DNA of 64,000 nucleotides from Camelus ferus (Eukaryota), in assembly GCF_009834535.1 (NCBI RefSeq), contig NC_045696.1, positions 59,832,001-59,896,000 on the forward strand, given 5' to 3'. The translations under genes were made by a program, and so were the position numbers. The notes beneath the pieces were generated by a model. That model did not search any database. It was given only the letters and a program-made list of their open reading frames with translations, and had not been told where the DNA came from. Positions 26,762 to 39,262 of this stretch are shown here, in pieces; the first letter of the stretch is position 1; every line of letters starts with the position of its first letter.

Positions 26762-27926
26762 GTGAGTCCCATCTGTGCCCGGCACCCCAGGTGGTGGAGA
26801 CAAGACACCTGACCTACTGTCACGGACCCACTGGCATGTCAGGCCACAGGGCTAGAGGCGACCTGGATTTGCTTGTCGGCTTCTGTCAAGTAGCATTTCA
26901 GAGGCCTGACAAGGAAGGTTTCCAAAAAGTATGATTTCAAGTGTCTTGGAGCAAAAGTTCTATCTGCCACCCACGTCACCCCTGGGCCTGCCAGGTTCCC
27001 GGGCACCTATGTGTCACCTGTGTTCCTAAGCATCCTTGAGTGACATGGATGCTGTCTAGCCCTCTTCTGAGACAGGAACACCAAGCCTCCTCTTCCCTGG
27101 GAACACTACCAGGCCTATTTGTATTTTATAGCATTATGGGCAGCCCCACTCAGCAATTTAAAATGGGGAGAGGAAAGCAACCTGGTGGAAAGATTTGAAT
27201 CAAAATGAGTATTTGATAGTTTCTCCACCCCTAACCCTCCCAGAAAGTCTTCTTTTTTTTTTTAACCACATTTTTATGTAGCTGTGTTGAATAATTAACT
27301 AAGATATCCATTTAACTAGCTATCCATGAGTATTTTACAAATGTGGTCCTCATTTTGCTCCCCTATTCACTATCTCATCAAGCCACCTTGGTCCCAGGGA
27401 CATTTTGTAAGAGGAAACATGTTAACCTAAAGAAATCTCCAAGTATTGAGGTTTTGGGCGGGGCCAGACAGTAGACGGTGTATGTGGGGGCAGGGAGAGG
27501 GGGTCACTGTACTTAAAAGACAATGAACCTGTCTCGGCTTAGGGGAGCCCGGAGTCTCCAGAGGAGCTGTGCAAGCCTCTCTAGGGCCTCAGGCTGCAGC
27601 CCCGCCCTTGCAGTTAACTCCGGAAATGCACCCAGGCCCCTCTCCACAGCCAGCCCAGCTCAGCTCTGCTCTGCTCCTATGGGCCTGTGACTCCCTGGGA
27701 AACCTTGGCCCTGCTTCTCTAGTTCCTCAGAATTCAATATGGATAAGCCATGTCCAACCTCAGCCCGGCTATGCTCTGGGCAGCCTGAGGTGACTGGGGT
27801 CAGGAGAGACGTACTGCAGCTTGACTGTTCAGCTCCCAAGCCGTGGCCTAAGTCCCACCCGGGATGACGACTGCTCACGTTGTGCTTCTTGTGAGCCTTG
27901 GTCCCCAGCAGACAGCACAGATAGGT

Positions 27927-27990
27927 AGTGTGTGCGCGCGAGTGTGTGTGTGCACGCACGCGCATGCACACATGTGTGTGTATGTGTATA
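27927..27990. repeat. Mixed (TG)/(CG)/(CA) alternating purine-pyrimidine tract
   Basis: gtgtgtgcgcgcgagtgtgtgtgtgcacgcacgcgcatgcacacatgtgtgtgtatgtgtata. Confidence 0.85.
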
Positions 27991-28464
27991 AATCATTGCC
28001 TGGAAATTAACACATCAGACAAGGTACTGCTGCCAAAGATTCTGCTCAGGCGTATATTTTGAATTAAGCTAAACATTCAGTATACAGGATAAACTCATTA
28101 ATGCTGAGAACAAAGCGGTGGGAAAGAGCAGTGCTTAGAATGTTTTGAGCGCATAGCTTTCCTTTTCTCCTTGGCCTTGTAACTCTTCCCCTTTCCTCTC
28201 TGCCGCGGCCTCTGCAGCCCTGCTTCTCACTGGCTTTTCTAGGCCTTCAAAGTGCTTTTTTTCCTCCCTTTTAATTTTCTCTATTAAATTTCTATTTGAA
28301 AATATCCAGAAGTTACATTTCTGATTGTCTGAATGTTAATGGATAGAGGGACCCCCTAGTTGGAAAGCCCACCAAACAGGTGGGTAAGCCCCCCTCCCCC
28401 CAGATGTGTGGGTCCTTGTCCACCAACGGACAAAGAATTCTCAATAGAGGCAGAGGGACAAAGT

Positions 28465-28488
28465 AAAAAAAAAAAAAAAAAAAAAAAA
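28465..28488 (+). repeat. Poly(A) mononucleotide run (~24 nt)
   Basis: Seen directly. Confidence 0.9.
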
Positions 28489-29166
28489 CGAGCTGCTTTT
28501 ATTGCTCAGAGAGGAAAAGAAAGTGCTCCAGTGGGAAGCCATCAGCCTGGCAGCCGGTGGAGACATCTCCAGCCTCCCTCCACACCCCCTCCCCACCAGG
28601 GCCACGGGGTCTCTGATAGGAAGACTCTGCCATCGCTGATCTTCCCTCTGGTGGGGCTAGTCATCTTCCACTATGGGCTCTTTCCTCCCGTGGAGCTCAG
28701 CCCTAAAACTGAAACTTCAGGGGGAGAAGGAGAAGAAAGAGATACTGGGATATGTCCTTGGGATTAAAGCAGCAGTTGTGGAACATAAATTGTCCTGTTG
28801 TAGGACTATGTCGTTGGAATTAAGGAGCCACCTGTGGCATAAGACAAGTGTCCTGCCTTTCCTCAGCCTGGCACTTTCCTTCCCTCGTTAATCAGCCAGG
28901 GTCAGTAAGCCTGCCGAGTCACCCCTCTCATGGACTTTTCCCTTCGTATATGTAGATGGGACAGGGAATCTGACTCCGTCATGTCCGTTTCCCCTTGGAT
29001 ACTGTTTTTTAAAATAACATTTCAGAGAACCGTGGCATTTTCCCACTGAGTTAGACTCCATATTTAGTCACAAGAATTGCTCTGGGGATGATGCCAGAGC
29101 TTTTCTGTTAACCTTTTTGTTACATGACTTCCGCAGTAGAGTAAATGGCTTCTCTCTCTTCCAAAG

Positions 29167-29245
29167 ATGCTGCTGCTGATGGCGCCACCATTTCTTGGAA
29201 GGAAAATTTTGATTCTGCTTATACTGAGCTGAATGAAATTGGAAG
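29167..29245 (+). CDS. KALRN: KALRN exon entering the kinase domain (DAAADGATISWKENFDSAYTELNEIG)
   Basis: ttccaaAG acceptor, GTAATA donor; phases 1/2 match neighbours. Confidence 0.92.
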
Positions 29246-29419
29246 GTAATAACCCAGTTTTCTGTTTTCATTCATGAACACTTAACATCCCATCAGAATA
29301 ATGACTTGCTTTTCTTATTTTTTGTTTCTTTCACTAAGTGCATTCTGTCTAGATTAAGAAAAAAATAGAATATTTTTGTGTATTTCTATGTCTCTTTTTT
29401 TTAACTTTTTAAGTTGAAG

Positions 29420-29830
29420 CCTTTATTTGTCAACTCTCAGCCTTTCTACTTTTAACATAAGAATTTAAGGCTCAACCTTTCCTTCAGAGTACAATTTTAG
29501 CTACATCCTGAGTTCTGACATGTGGCATTTTCATTATCCTTAAGTTCTAAGTATTTTTCCTTCAAGTATGATTTTTTTGATCCAATTGTAATAGAAATGT
29601 TTTTAAATTTCCAAATATATGAGCTTTTTAAAAATTATCTCTAACTTAACTACATTGTGGTTGAAGAACTTGTTCATTATAATACTGATTCCTTGATTTC
29701 TTTTGGGATTTGCTTTATGAGTAAAACATGGTCAACTTTCCTAAAAAGTTCCATGTGTTCCTGGGAAGAATGTGTAATCACTAACTGTTGAGTACAGGTC
29801 TCTATATATGTCCATGTGCCAATCACATTG
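29420..29830 (-). mobile_element. Degraded old L1 ORF2 fragment
   Basis: tacattgtggttgaagaac...ttccatgtgttcctgggaagaatgtgtaatc resembles antisense L1 EN region. Confidence 0.5.
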
Positions 29831-30369
29831 TTTATGGGGATTTCTATTCCAACCCCCCACTTCCTCTCTCTCTATTAGAAAACTATGTCCTCAAAAATAA
29901 GAAGGACAAAAATGTAACTTTTCACAGAATATAGAAAAAAAATCTATCACCTGTCTCACAAAATAGTTGTTGAGAAGGAACAAAACGAGGTTCGTGCCCA
30001 TGATGCGCTGGTCTCCGGGTGGTCTACGTGAGAGAACATGGGTGGACCTTGCAGGTCGCCCAGCCTCCTGTAATGCATAAATAAGAACAGCCACTAGCTA
30101 CTGGCCATTAGCATCTTCTCCATCGGTGATTGACGTCTCTCAGTGAAAAATAAAAATTCCCTAAGTGCCTGTGACAGAGGTTGTGGAGAGAGCCAAAATG
30201 CTTGTTATTGCTGTTTCTTAGGCAGGAGTCACAGTGTAACTCGCTGTCCTTTGTTATAGCTCCTTTCATCAAAAGCTGACTTTAGCTCTACTTTCCTATC
30301 TTCTTTGTGCAGCCAAACAGAGAAAAAAAGGACCAGTGGAAATTTAAGTGGTGGTGGTGATGGTGATGT

Positions 30370-30575
30370 GTATTGAGTACTATCATGTTGCAGATGCTTT
30401 GCGGATATTATACAAAAATTATTTAATCTAATCGTTACAAAACCTTGAGGTAGTGTTTGAGTAGATGTCCCATAAAGGAAACTCATGGAGGTTAAGTAAC
30501 TTTCTCCAGGTCCCACAACTAGTAGGTGTAGAACCAGGATTCAAACCCTGGGCTATCAGACTTTAAGCCTGTGCT
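30370..30575. mobile_element. MIR-like SINE
   Basis: gaggttaagtaactttctccaggtcccacaactagtagg...ccaggattcaaaccc core. Confidence 0.6.
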
Positions 30576-31552
30576 TGTATTGCTAACATACGTTGTTTCT
30601 TGTTATAGCAATTGTTGTTAAAAATAAGCTCTAGGAATTGAAATCTAGTTTGCTCCATGATGTTAAAGTTTGTGAAGCTATATATGACCCCAATAATAAG
30701 CAAGTCAAATCCCCATCTGGTTCTAAATGACATTGGTTCCATCCCCTTGATATACCAGTTAATTCTCCCCGAGGCCTGGATTTGCTGTTGATTGCCATAG
30801 GCGAAGGCATGTTTTACCTTAAAGAGAGGGATGTTTTGATATTTCTCAAGGGGAGATCAATTTTCCGATCTGTTCAAAGCAATCAATTTTTTTTTAATTT
30901 CATCTCCAACAGCCTGACACTTTTCCTCTCTCCCAACTATAGTCATCATATGTTTAGAAGATCCTCTAAAAATGCTGTATGGCTAGCAGAATGGAAATAA
31001 AACGTATAGATACTTTATGAGATACATGAAGGATATCTGTGCCAGGGCCATAGAGGTGAGTCAGCTTTCCCCACCACACCGAAACCAAGAATGCTTGGTC
31101 TGTGTGACTCTCTCATTAAAAATAGCTCTCCAGAAATTAAGTACTATAAAAACCAAAAAGAAATATGTTGACTCCTATAACCCATCCATAGAAGCAAAGA
31201 GCACATGAGTGTGGCATATTTAAGCCAGAAGTAAACTATAGGCCCCCTTCCATCTTAAAGAAGCCCAAAAGTTATCCCTTGGGAATGCTGACTGGTTACC
31301 TATACAGGATCTGAAAAGGTAGCGGTACCAGGCCTCCAGGTAAGGGCGACAGGTTGAACGCAGGCATCCATTTTCATTCCCTTCTGAGACTTCACTGAAT
31401 CCACAGTAAAGGAAATTTTGAAGCAGGCACATGAAGATGAGGACATTGGTATTAGAAGCAGAAAAATAGGTGAAAGTGACGAACGACTAAGGGACCTGAG
31501 AAACTCAGTCCAAGACAGTTGGTGGGGTAAGGTGAGCGCCAGTATCACTTTT

Positions 31553-31757
31553 TTTTTTAATTGAAGTATAGTCAGTTTACAATGTAGTGTCAATGTCTAG
31601 TGTGCAGCACAATACTTCAGGGGTATAGGAACATACATGTATTTGTTATATTCTTTTTCACCATAGGATATTACAAGATATTGAATATAGTTGCCTGTGC
31701 TGTACAGTATGAACTTGTTGTTTATCTATTTTATGTATATTAGTTAGTATCTGCAAA
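31553..31757 (-). mobile_element. Short L1 3'-end insertion with TSD
   Basis: Poly-T then aattgaagtatagtcagtttacaatg; TSD gccagtat(c/a)actttt at 31538 and 31758. Confidence 0.85.
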
Positions 31758-34700
31758 GCCAGTATAACTTTTGCAGCAGAAAATTCCCTGAAGGCTTGGG
31801 TCCTGGCAGCATCCAGTACCTCTGGAAATGTGTCTTAGGAAGATGCTAAAATTGGAAAGACTGTCTGAACCTTGTTTGAGAAGAAGCTGTGGCTCCAGAT
31901 CTCCACCCCAGCTTCGGGTAGTTATATGATTGTCCTTCCAAGTCCAGGAAAACCATCCTCCGGGTAGGGTAAGGCAGAATGCCTCTGTTCTCAGGGACAC
32001 AAGCACAGCTGCGAGCAAATGGAACTCCACTCCCAACAGGACATTAATGAGGACATATAAATGCTAGATGCTGAAGACCACTGCTCTCTTACCCACCAGG
32101 CCTCCAGAGGTGGACAGCCAAGGCTTCATCTTCTAGGCAGAAAAGTAAGAGAGTCTTTCTCTGGGGAACCTGACCAGCTCAGGAGGAAAGATTTAAAGAT
32201 ACTGACTTTGGATTTTCCCCCAACTAAATAGTCCCTTCAGATCACCCTGTAGTGAAGGTCAACTTGACAGGCTCCACCCCCACACTCAGAACTTCCAAAC
32301 AGCTTTGTAGTCCCCAACTTTTAAAAGGAGACAACTTTTGATGCTGGCCAAGAAGGAATAAGCCCATTGTAGCCTTTCCCTCTCACTGATTAGAACTAGA
32401 ATCCTTGGGCAAAATGCAAATATTAACTACCCGAGGATTCTGAAAAGTAAGTAACAGGGAGATTGGGGAGGGAAGTTAACACCTGCAAAATACAAAGACA
32501 GTGGAAGTGAATTTTCTGGTTTTTTTGAGGTTTTCGGGTTTTTCTTTTTTCTCCTTGATCTCCTGGCTTTGACCAAAGGTGGGCCAAAATCAAGGAACTA
32601 TGCAGCATGCACAGAGAGCAAAATCTCCAAGAGAAACCCATCCTTATGCCAAAAGACAGGAAGAGAGCAGGGAGATTCCTATTTTTCCCTTCTTCTTTCT
32701 CTTACTGCTTTACCAAGGGCATTCATGAAGAAGTGTATGGTGATGCAAGAGGCTAAAACTCTGATGCAATTCCATCTTTCTGGCCAGAGGAACTACAAAA
32801 AGGGTCCATTTGAGCTAAAGAATATGCGGGAAATCTCGGTGAGGAGAGAGCTAAATATTTTTATATGGGTCCTATGCAAAGGATTCATAATGCTTTGGAC
32901 ATTAACAGTTAACATCATCAATCATCCTAGAAGTTAGAAAGCAATAGAATAATTCCTTCAAAAGTTTTTACCAGAATTATGTGCAGCCAAACATACAATC
33001 AAGTCTAAATGTATAAAAGAACATTTTAGATATGCAAATCTCAAATGACTTACTTCCCGTGCACTTTTTGCTAGAAATGATTGAAGAATGCATTTTATCA
33101 AAAAAGGGAAAAATAGTCATAATTTACTAGAGGTTCAGCTGTGAGCAGCACTGACATAGCTGCAGTAATGGGAACAATGAATACTGATTACAAAATAGTT
33201 CTCTTGGGAGGACAGAGGATGAGAAAAGTGCTTATGTGGTGGGGACAAAGGAAGGAAAGAGACTAAAATCTCATCTTCCATAATGAGATGTCAACAGATA
33301 ATAATTAAAACTGAAAAATCAAGATGTAGCCACACAAAACATACTGTATTTAGTGTCATAGAAATAAATACCTAAATAATCAGCAAAATATATTAAACTG
33401 TTATATTAAACTACCTCAAGGGGAAGTTAAAGTGGGGACAGGTGAAGGATGAGATACTGTTGCTTTTAATAACAAAGCTTATTAAAGTTAATTGACTTTT
33501 TAAACCATGGGGATGTATAACTTTGATAACACAAAATGTTTTTTAAAAATTAAGGTAGCAGTACTTTGACATAGCCACTAATTCAGGTGCCCTCTCCTCA
33601 GCCATCAGTTGTTTCCCTGTATCCAAAGTCCTCCGGAAGGAGTCACCTATAATAAACAAACAAGAGAGAGTGCTGTCCAAAACGCAGAATGGCAATTTAT
33701 TAATTGATGATATAAAATAGAATCCCCCATTTGACCAAATACTTGTTTACTATGCCAAGAATGATGTCTGGCATATAATAGGCTTTCAATTAATATTTGT
33801 CAAATATTTGCTTCATTGATTAGGGCATTCTCTTCTTTGGGGAAAATCTATAGCAGAAAAAAAAAAATTATCATTATCAGAAGTTGCTTGATGAACACAG
33901 AGCCAGGCCAAGGAGTCAGTTGGACAACCTTAGTGGTGGCCGTGGTGTCTGATGCATCCATTTCTGCTAGAAGGGTGGCCTGCCCTTCAGACCCTGGGTG
34001 AGGGCACCTCTGGGACAGGCCTTGGATGGTGCTGCTGTGCCACCTCTTCGAGCTTCCATCTCTCAACTTCTTCCTTCCATTTCACTCTCTTACCACCTTC
34101 CAAAGGCCTGCAGGTGAGTCTAGGAACCATTCTACTTCAGGCATAACTAATTTTGCTAGAAGTGAAAATGACACAGTGGTTATGTATTTTTAAATGTCCT
34201 TGTCAGCTAGAGATGCAAACTAAGTATTTATGCGAGAAATAAGATACACTTAAAACACCCCAGAAAAAAAAGGCAGGAGGTAGGAAGAGGATAGATGAAG
34301 GCTGGTAAAATGTTGATAGTTATTGAAACTGACTGCTGGGTGTATAGATCTGTTACACTATTCTCTACTTCTGTGTGTACTGGAAATTTTCCATAATAAA
34401 AGGATCATAAATACAAAATAAAATGAAAAAATACTACCTCTTTAAAAATGTTTTGAAATTATAGAGCAGAATTCCTCCTACTTTAATATTGTTACTGTTG
34501 TATTTTACAGAAATATAGAAATATACTCTTAGAAAAGAAAACTGAACCTGTGCTTAATGATCAAAATGACAGAGAAATACATTGACTAAAAATGTTATTT
34601 AGTTTTTCGCATCTCAAAGAACCCTACAATGCTGAGGACGGAAACAAGGTTTTTGTAAATGATAATATAATTAAAAATACAGGAAAACAGGATTCCTAAT

Positions 34701-34811
34701 GAAATGTCACTGTCTGACTGCTTCAAATAAAACTTTACACATCCTTGAATAAAATGATACCGAGCTAATTGAGGAATCTTAGCAAAACACTTTTTCCCTT
34801 TTGTTTTCCAG

Positions 34812-35012
34812 AGGCCGTTTCTCCATAGTAAAGAAGTGCATTCACAAAGCTACTCGCAAAGATGTCGCTGTGAAATTTGTTAGCAAAAAAATGAAGAAAA
34901 AAGAGCAGGCTGCCCATGAGGCCGCCCTACTTCAGCACCTGCAGCACCCCCAGTACATCACTCTCCATGACACCTACGAGTCCCCCACTTCCTACATCCT
35001 GATTTTAGAACT
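34812..35012 (+). CDS. KALRN: KALRN kinase exon: Gly loop and VAVK lysine (RGRFSIVKKC...DVAVKFV...YILILE)
   Basis: ttttccAG acceptor, GTAAGT donor; kinase subdomains I-V. Confidence 0.96.
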
Positions 35013-37219
35013 GTAAGTACAGGTGTCATCTCTTCAGAGTGGTCCCCAGCTGTTTGGGTTATTTATTGCCCACAATTAATGGAAAAGGCAGTTACATTTT
35101 ATACAGTGTCTTCTCGTTTACAAAGTGTTGCATGTAACAGGCACTCTCCCCTCCATTGTATAAAAATGTTATTCCCGTTTTATACATTAGATAATTAAGG
35201 AGAAGGAAGGTCATTAGAACTAGTTCCTTAGAACTAGGAAATGGAGAAGCTGGGACTTGAACCCATATCTCTCTCACTTCATTTTTCATTTTCTTTCTCT
35301 TGTGGGCTCTTGGGCTGGGCAGGGATTTAGGAAAAGCTTATTGACAATGGGCTTATTGACAGGGGTGGTTGAAATGAAAGAGAAGAGCTTGTGCATCCAT
35401 CCACTGCCCAACATCCCCAATCTACCACCCAAGAAATTCCTTTAAGGATAGAATCTTATCTCTCATTCCAGAATTTCTAAGAACTCAGGCAACTGTATAC
35501 TTGGGGCCACGTACTGGGCCCCAGCACAGAGCAATAAAATCAAAGCGGGAAGAGAAATCTTACAGAGGCTAAAGAGAACAGCCTTTTCAGGAGTACTGAG
35601 CCCTCATGGAAATGTTACTTGATTAGAACTGAGGAGGCCCTGGCCCTGGAGACATTTACACCAAAGATCAGTGCCATATATGGCTCCACGTGAACCTACG
35701 TTCAATAGAGAAGCCCTCTATTTACTGCTTTTCAACTCTCATTTTCGTCTTGCTTTTGGGTGTTTATTAATCTAGGTGTGTGTGTGTGGGGGGGGCTTTG
35801 AAGCAGTAACTTACCATAAATTTATGATGAAAAAAAGCCAAAATGAAGACATCTTAGACCACATTTTTTAGTTAGTTGAAAAGAAACAAGAGGAAACAAA
35901 ACCATCACTGTTAGTATTTGTAATCCTTTTGTGATACTTGACTTTCTATAGCTGTGTAGTAGCTGGTAAGATTGTCATTTTGGACTTCATAAATACACTT
36001 ACAGAAAGCCTTTCAGAGCCTAACCTGTTTGTTGAGCGCTTTCTAACTCACAAGGCACATTCTGTCAACAGGGAACTATCCTTGTGTACAAGTGACAATG
36101 TGTTGTACTTGAGTCCCAGTAAAAGGTATTGTCACCTGTGTGCCAAAGTGGTACAGCAGACCCAGAACCTCTGCCCCTTCAGACTTGCCAATTACCATCC
36201 CAAGGGAAGGTGTTGATTACCAGGCCACCACAGAATATTGGAGAGAAGCTGTTCTTGGCATGGAGAACCTGGGTTCTAATCCCCGCTCTGTGATTTGGGG
36301 CAATGGACTTATTTTCCTGGGCCTCATCTGGGAAGTCTGAAGAAGTATTTCCACTTCTCAGAGATGTTGCAGGGATTAAATCAGATGAATATTGCACTGA
36401 ACTAGTTTATCAAACACTTACTGAGCACTCACTGTGTAGACCTGGGCCTGGGTAGCAGAAACAAAGATGAGAAGTTCTAGTTCTTGACCTTGAGGAGTTA
36501 TGTCTAATGAGGAAGTCTATAGATAAATGAGTGATTTCAACATAGCATGGTAAATGCATATTTTGGAGAGGTTTGTGGTGAGAACATAGAGAGGAACTTG
36601 GCCTGATTTGAGGTTCAGGGGTGACTAGAGGAGAGGCAGTGCTGGAGCTAGCCCCTGGGCTAACTCTTGGTTATGCCATGACTGTGGGTACCCCTTTGGT
36701 GGCCATCCAATGGCTGGTAGAGCTTTTCTCCATCAGGCAACTGAGGTTCTGATCCCTTAGTCTCAGGTGGGGCTTGGGTGTCTGCATTACCCAAGAGCTC
36801 TAAGGGTGAACTTGGTGGCTGAGACTTTCTGGTCTCCAAGCAGTTCCACACTTAACTTCTCTCAAATCACTCCAAGAAGGTCAGAGAGATGCATCTAACA
36901 AGCCCAGTCCTACTCTCCTCCATGCTCACCACTCCCACCCCAGCCTGGCAGGGTCAGAGGAAGGCAAAGAAGGCTTCCCTTGGTCCTAGCCTGTGCTCCT
37001 GTCAAGGAAAGCAGGAGGTGAGACCAGTGGGAAGGAACAAGCGAGGGAAGAGAATGGAAACTTGGCAGGGGGTTGTCAGCTGTGCTCAAAAGTAGTTTCT
37101 GGCTCAAGTTCCTCTGCCTGGGCCTCTCCTGGGAATCGGCCTCTATCAGCCCAGTGCATGTTAGAGAACAGCTGCCTGACAACTGGTCACTCCCCGCTCA
37201 AGAGGGCACAGGGCCCCTG

Positions 37220-37460
37220 AAGATAGTTGCCATTTGTTGAGCACATACTGTTGCTACCAATTATGCTTAAATGCCTCACTGTCTCACTTGATCCTTGCAC
37301 AATCCTCATAATGAAATAGACATTGTTGTTGTTGTTGTTACTACTCCTACTTAAAAGATGAAGAAACCAAAACACAGAGAGCTTAAGTGACTTGCTCCAA
37401 GCCCCTTGCCTGTAAGTGGCAGAACCAGGATTCAAATCTAGGTCTGGTTGGCTCCTGGTA
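37220..37460. mobile_element. MIR-like SINE with short (GTT)n
   Basis: agatgaagaaacc...cacagagagcttaagtgacttgctccaag...gtaagtggcagaaccaggattcaaatc. Confidence 0.6.
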
Positions 37461-38005
37461 CCAGCTTCTCAGTCACAGTTTTAAGGTTGGAAAGTTGCCC
37501 AAGAGGGAAACAATTCAAAAAGGGGTCAGGAATGCCAAGGTCAAACTTTGCCTACTTTCTGTTTTTCCCTAACTAAACGTTGACAAGTAAAAGCAATTTG
37601 CAAAACATACGCGGGATGCCTTGCAGTCTCCAGATTCCAGTTACTCAGACGATTGCAAGAGTGCACTGGCTCTCTCCCTCCTTTCTCTGTTATGCAATCT
37701 AACCTGTCTTAAAGGAGTGTCAGACCTTTTTCCCTGTAAGCAATTTCAGAAGTTCACAAAACAGAATGTGTCTTAAATTTATACAGATTTCTTCCCTGAA
37801 GCACACATTCATTTATTTTCTTAATATAAGTTCTGAACATTGTGCTAACTGTGGGCTGTAACTAAAATATGCACGTGTTGCAATGTGGATCTTCATTTAT
37901 AAGAGAGAGTGCGAGAAATCTTAGACATCTTACAGATTTGTATGTGTACTATTTTTCTGTTTCTTTGCAAGCATATTTCCTTTGCCTTTTCCTCCCTATT
38001 TTCAG

Positions 38006-38144
38006 GATGGATGACGGCCGGCTCTTAGACTACCTTATGAATCATGATGAGCTGATGGAAGAAAAAGTAGCTTTCTACATCCGAGACATCATGGAAGCCC
38101 TACAGTACCTTCACAACTGCAGGGTTGCACATTTGGACATAAAG
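38006..38144 (+). CDS. KALRN: KALRN kinase exon (LMDDGRLLDYL...YLHNCRVAHLDIK)
   Basis: ttttcAG acceptor, GTAATA donor; catalytic loop HLDIK. Confidence 0.96.
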
Positions 38145-38716
38145 GTAATAAGAAATAGCGACCCTAGCAGGGGAATGGTTAAGTCCAACCTGCCAGTCAT
38201 TACCCTTGAGAGATGTAAATTCTTATTTTATTTTTTTAACTGACATTAAAATCTCTGAATATTGGGTTGTCACACAATTTGTGTGTTATTTGTGAGTGAA
38301 TAAGAACACACCAGAGTCACATGACCTCTGGGGTAAGAGAAGGTAGGGAAGCTTTAGCCACTTTGTCTGACTCTATAGAAGGAATCCAATAAATGTCACC
38401 TTCCTTATCATGGTGCTCAAAAAAGAAACTCCTGTTTTCCAAAATAAAGAATTTACCTTTTCTTAATTCAGTGCAGAAGTAAGGGCTAGTTAAGAAGACG
38501 TGATTTTCAATGTCCAACTTTTCTGAAGTCCCATCCAAACTCAGAATTTAGTTCAGTTTGAAGCCTCCTGGGCACTCTGCATAGGAAATGTCCCATACAC
38601 GACAGGCTTGATCAAAGAATAGCAGAACCATGTTTGAACGGATGGAGTCCTCCTGGTAGTCAGAACAGAGAGCTGAACTTGCCTTCTCTTCTCCCCACCT
38701 CCTTGGATCTCCACAG

Positions 38717-39262
38717 CCTGAAAACCTGCTCATTGACCTACGGATTCCAGTGCCTCGAGTGAAGCTCATTGACTTGGAGGATGCTGTCCAGATCTCAGGT
38801 CACTTCCACATCCACCACCTTCTGGGGAACCCTGAGTTTGCTGCCCCGGAAGTGATCCAAGGCATCCCTGTGTCCCTGGGCACCGACATCTGGAGCATCG
38901 GAGTCTTGACATATGTCATGCTGAGCGGGGTCTCCCCCTTCTTGGATGAGAGCAAGGAGGAGACATGTATCAATGTATGCAGGGTGGACTTCAGCTTCCC
39001 CCATGAATACTTCTGCGGTGTGAGCAATGCCGCCAGAGATTTCATCAATGTGATCTTACAGGAAGACTTTCGCAGGCGTCCCACAGCAGCCACCTGCCTG
39101 CAGCATCCGTGGCTGCAGCCCCACAACGGCAGCTACTCCAAGATCCCCCTGGACACCTCCCGCCTGGCGTGCTTCATAGAGCGCCGCAAGCATCAGAACG
39201 ATGTGCGGCCTGTTCCCAACGTCAAGAGCTACATTGTCAACCGGGTGAACCAAGGGACATAG
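38717..39262 (+). CDS. KALRN: KALRN terminal coding exon (PENLLIDL...IDLEDA...GNPEFAAPE...DIWSIGV...NRVNQGT*)
   Basis: ccacAG acceptor; 182 codons to TAG 39260-39262; kinase subdomains VIb-XI. Confidence 0.97.
   Translation, partial: PENLLIDLRIPVPRVKLIDLEDAVQISGHFHIHHLLGNPEFAAPEVIQGIPVSLGTDIWSIGVLTYVMLSGVSPFLDESKEETCINVCRVDFSFPHEYFCGVSNAARDFINVILQEDFRRRPTAATCLQHPWLQPHNGSYSKIPLDTSRLACFIERRKHQNDVRPVPNVKSYIVNRVNQGT

Noticed and set aside
26221..26934. 237-aa ORF, longest in the track
   Set aside because: KALRN FN3 exon plus stop-free intron flanks; flanks are low-information and outside the splice sites
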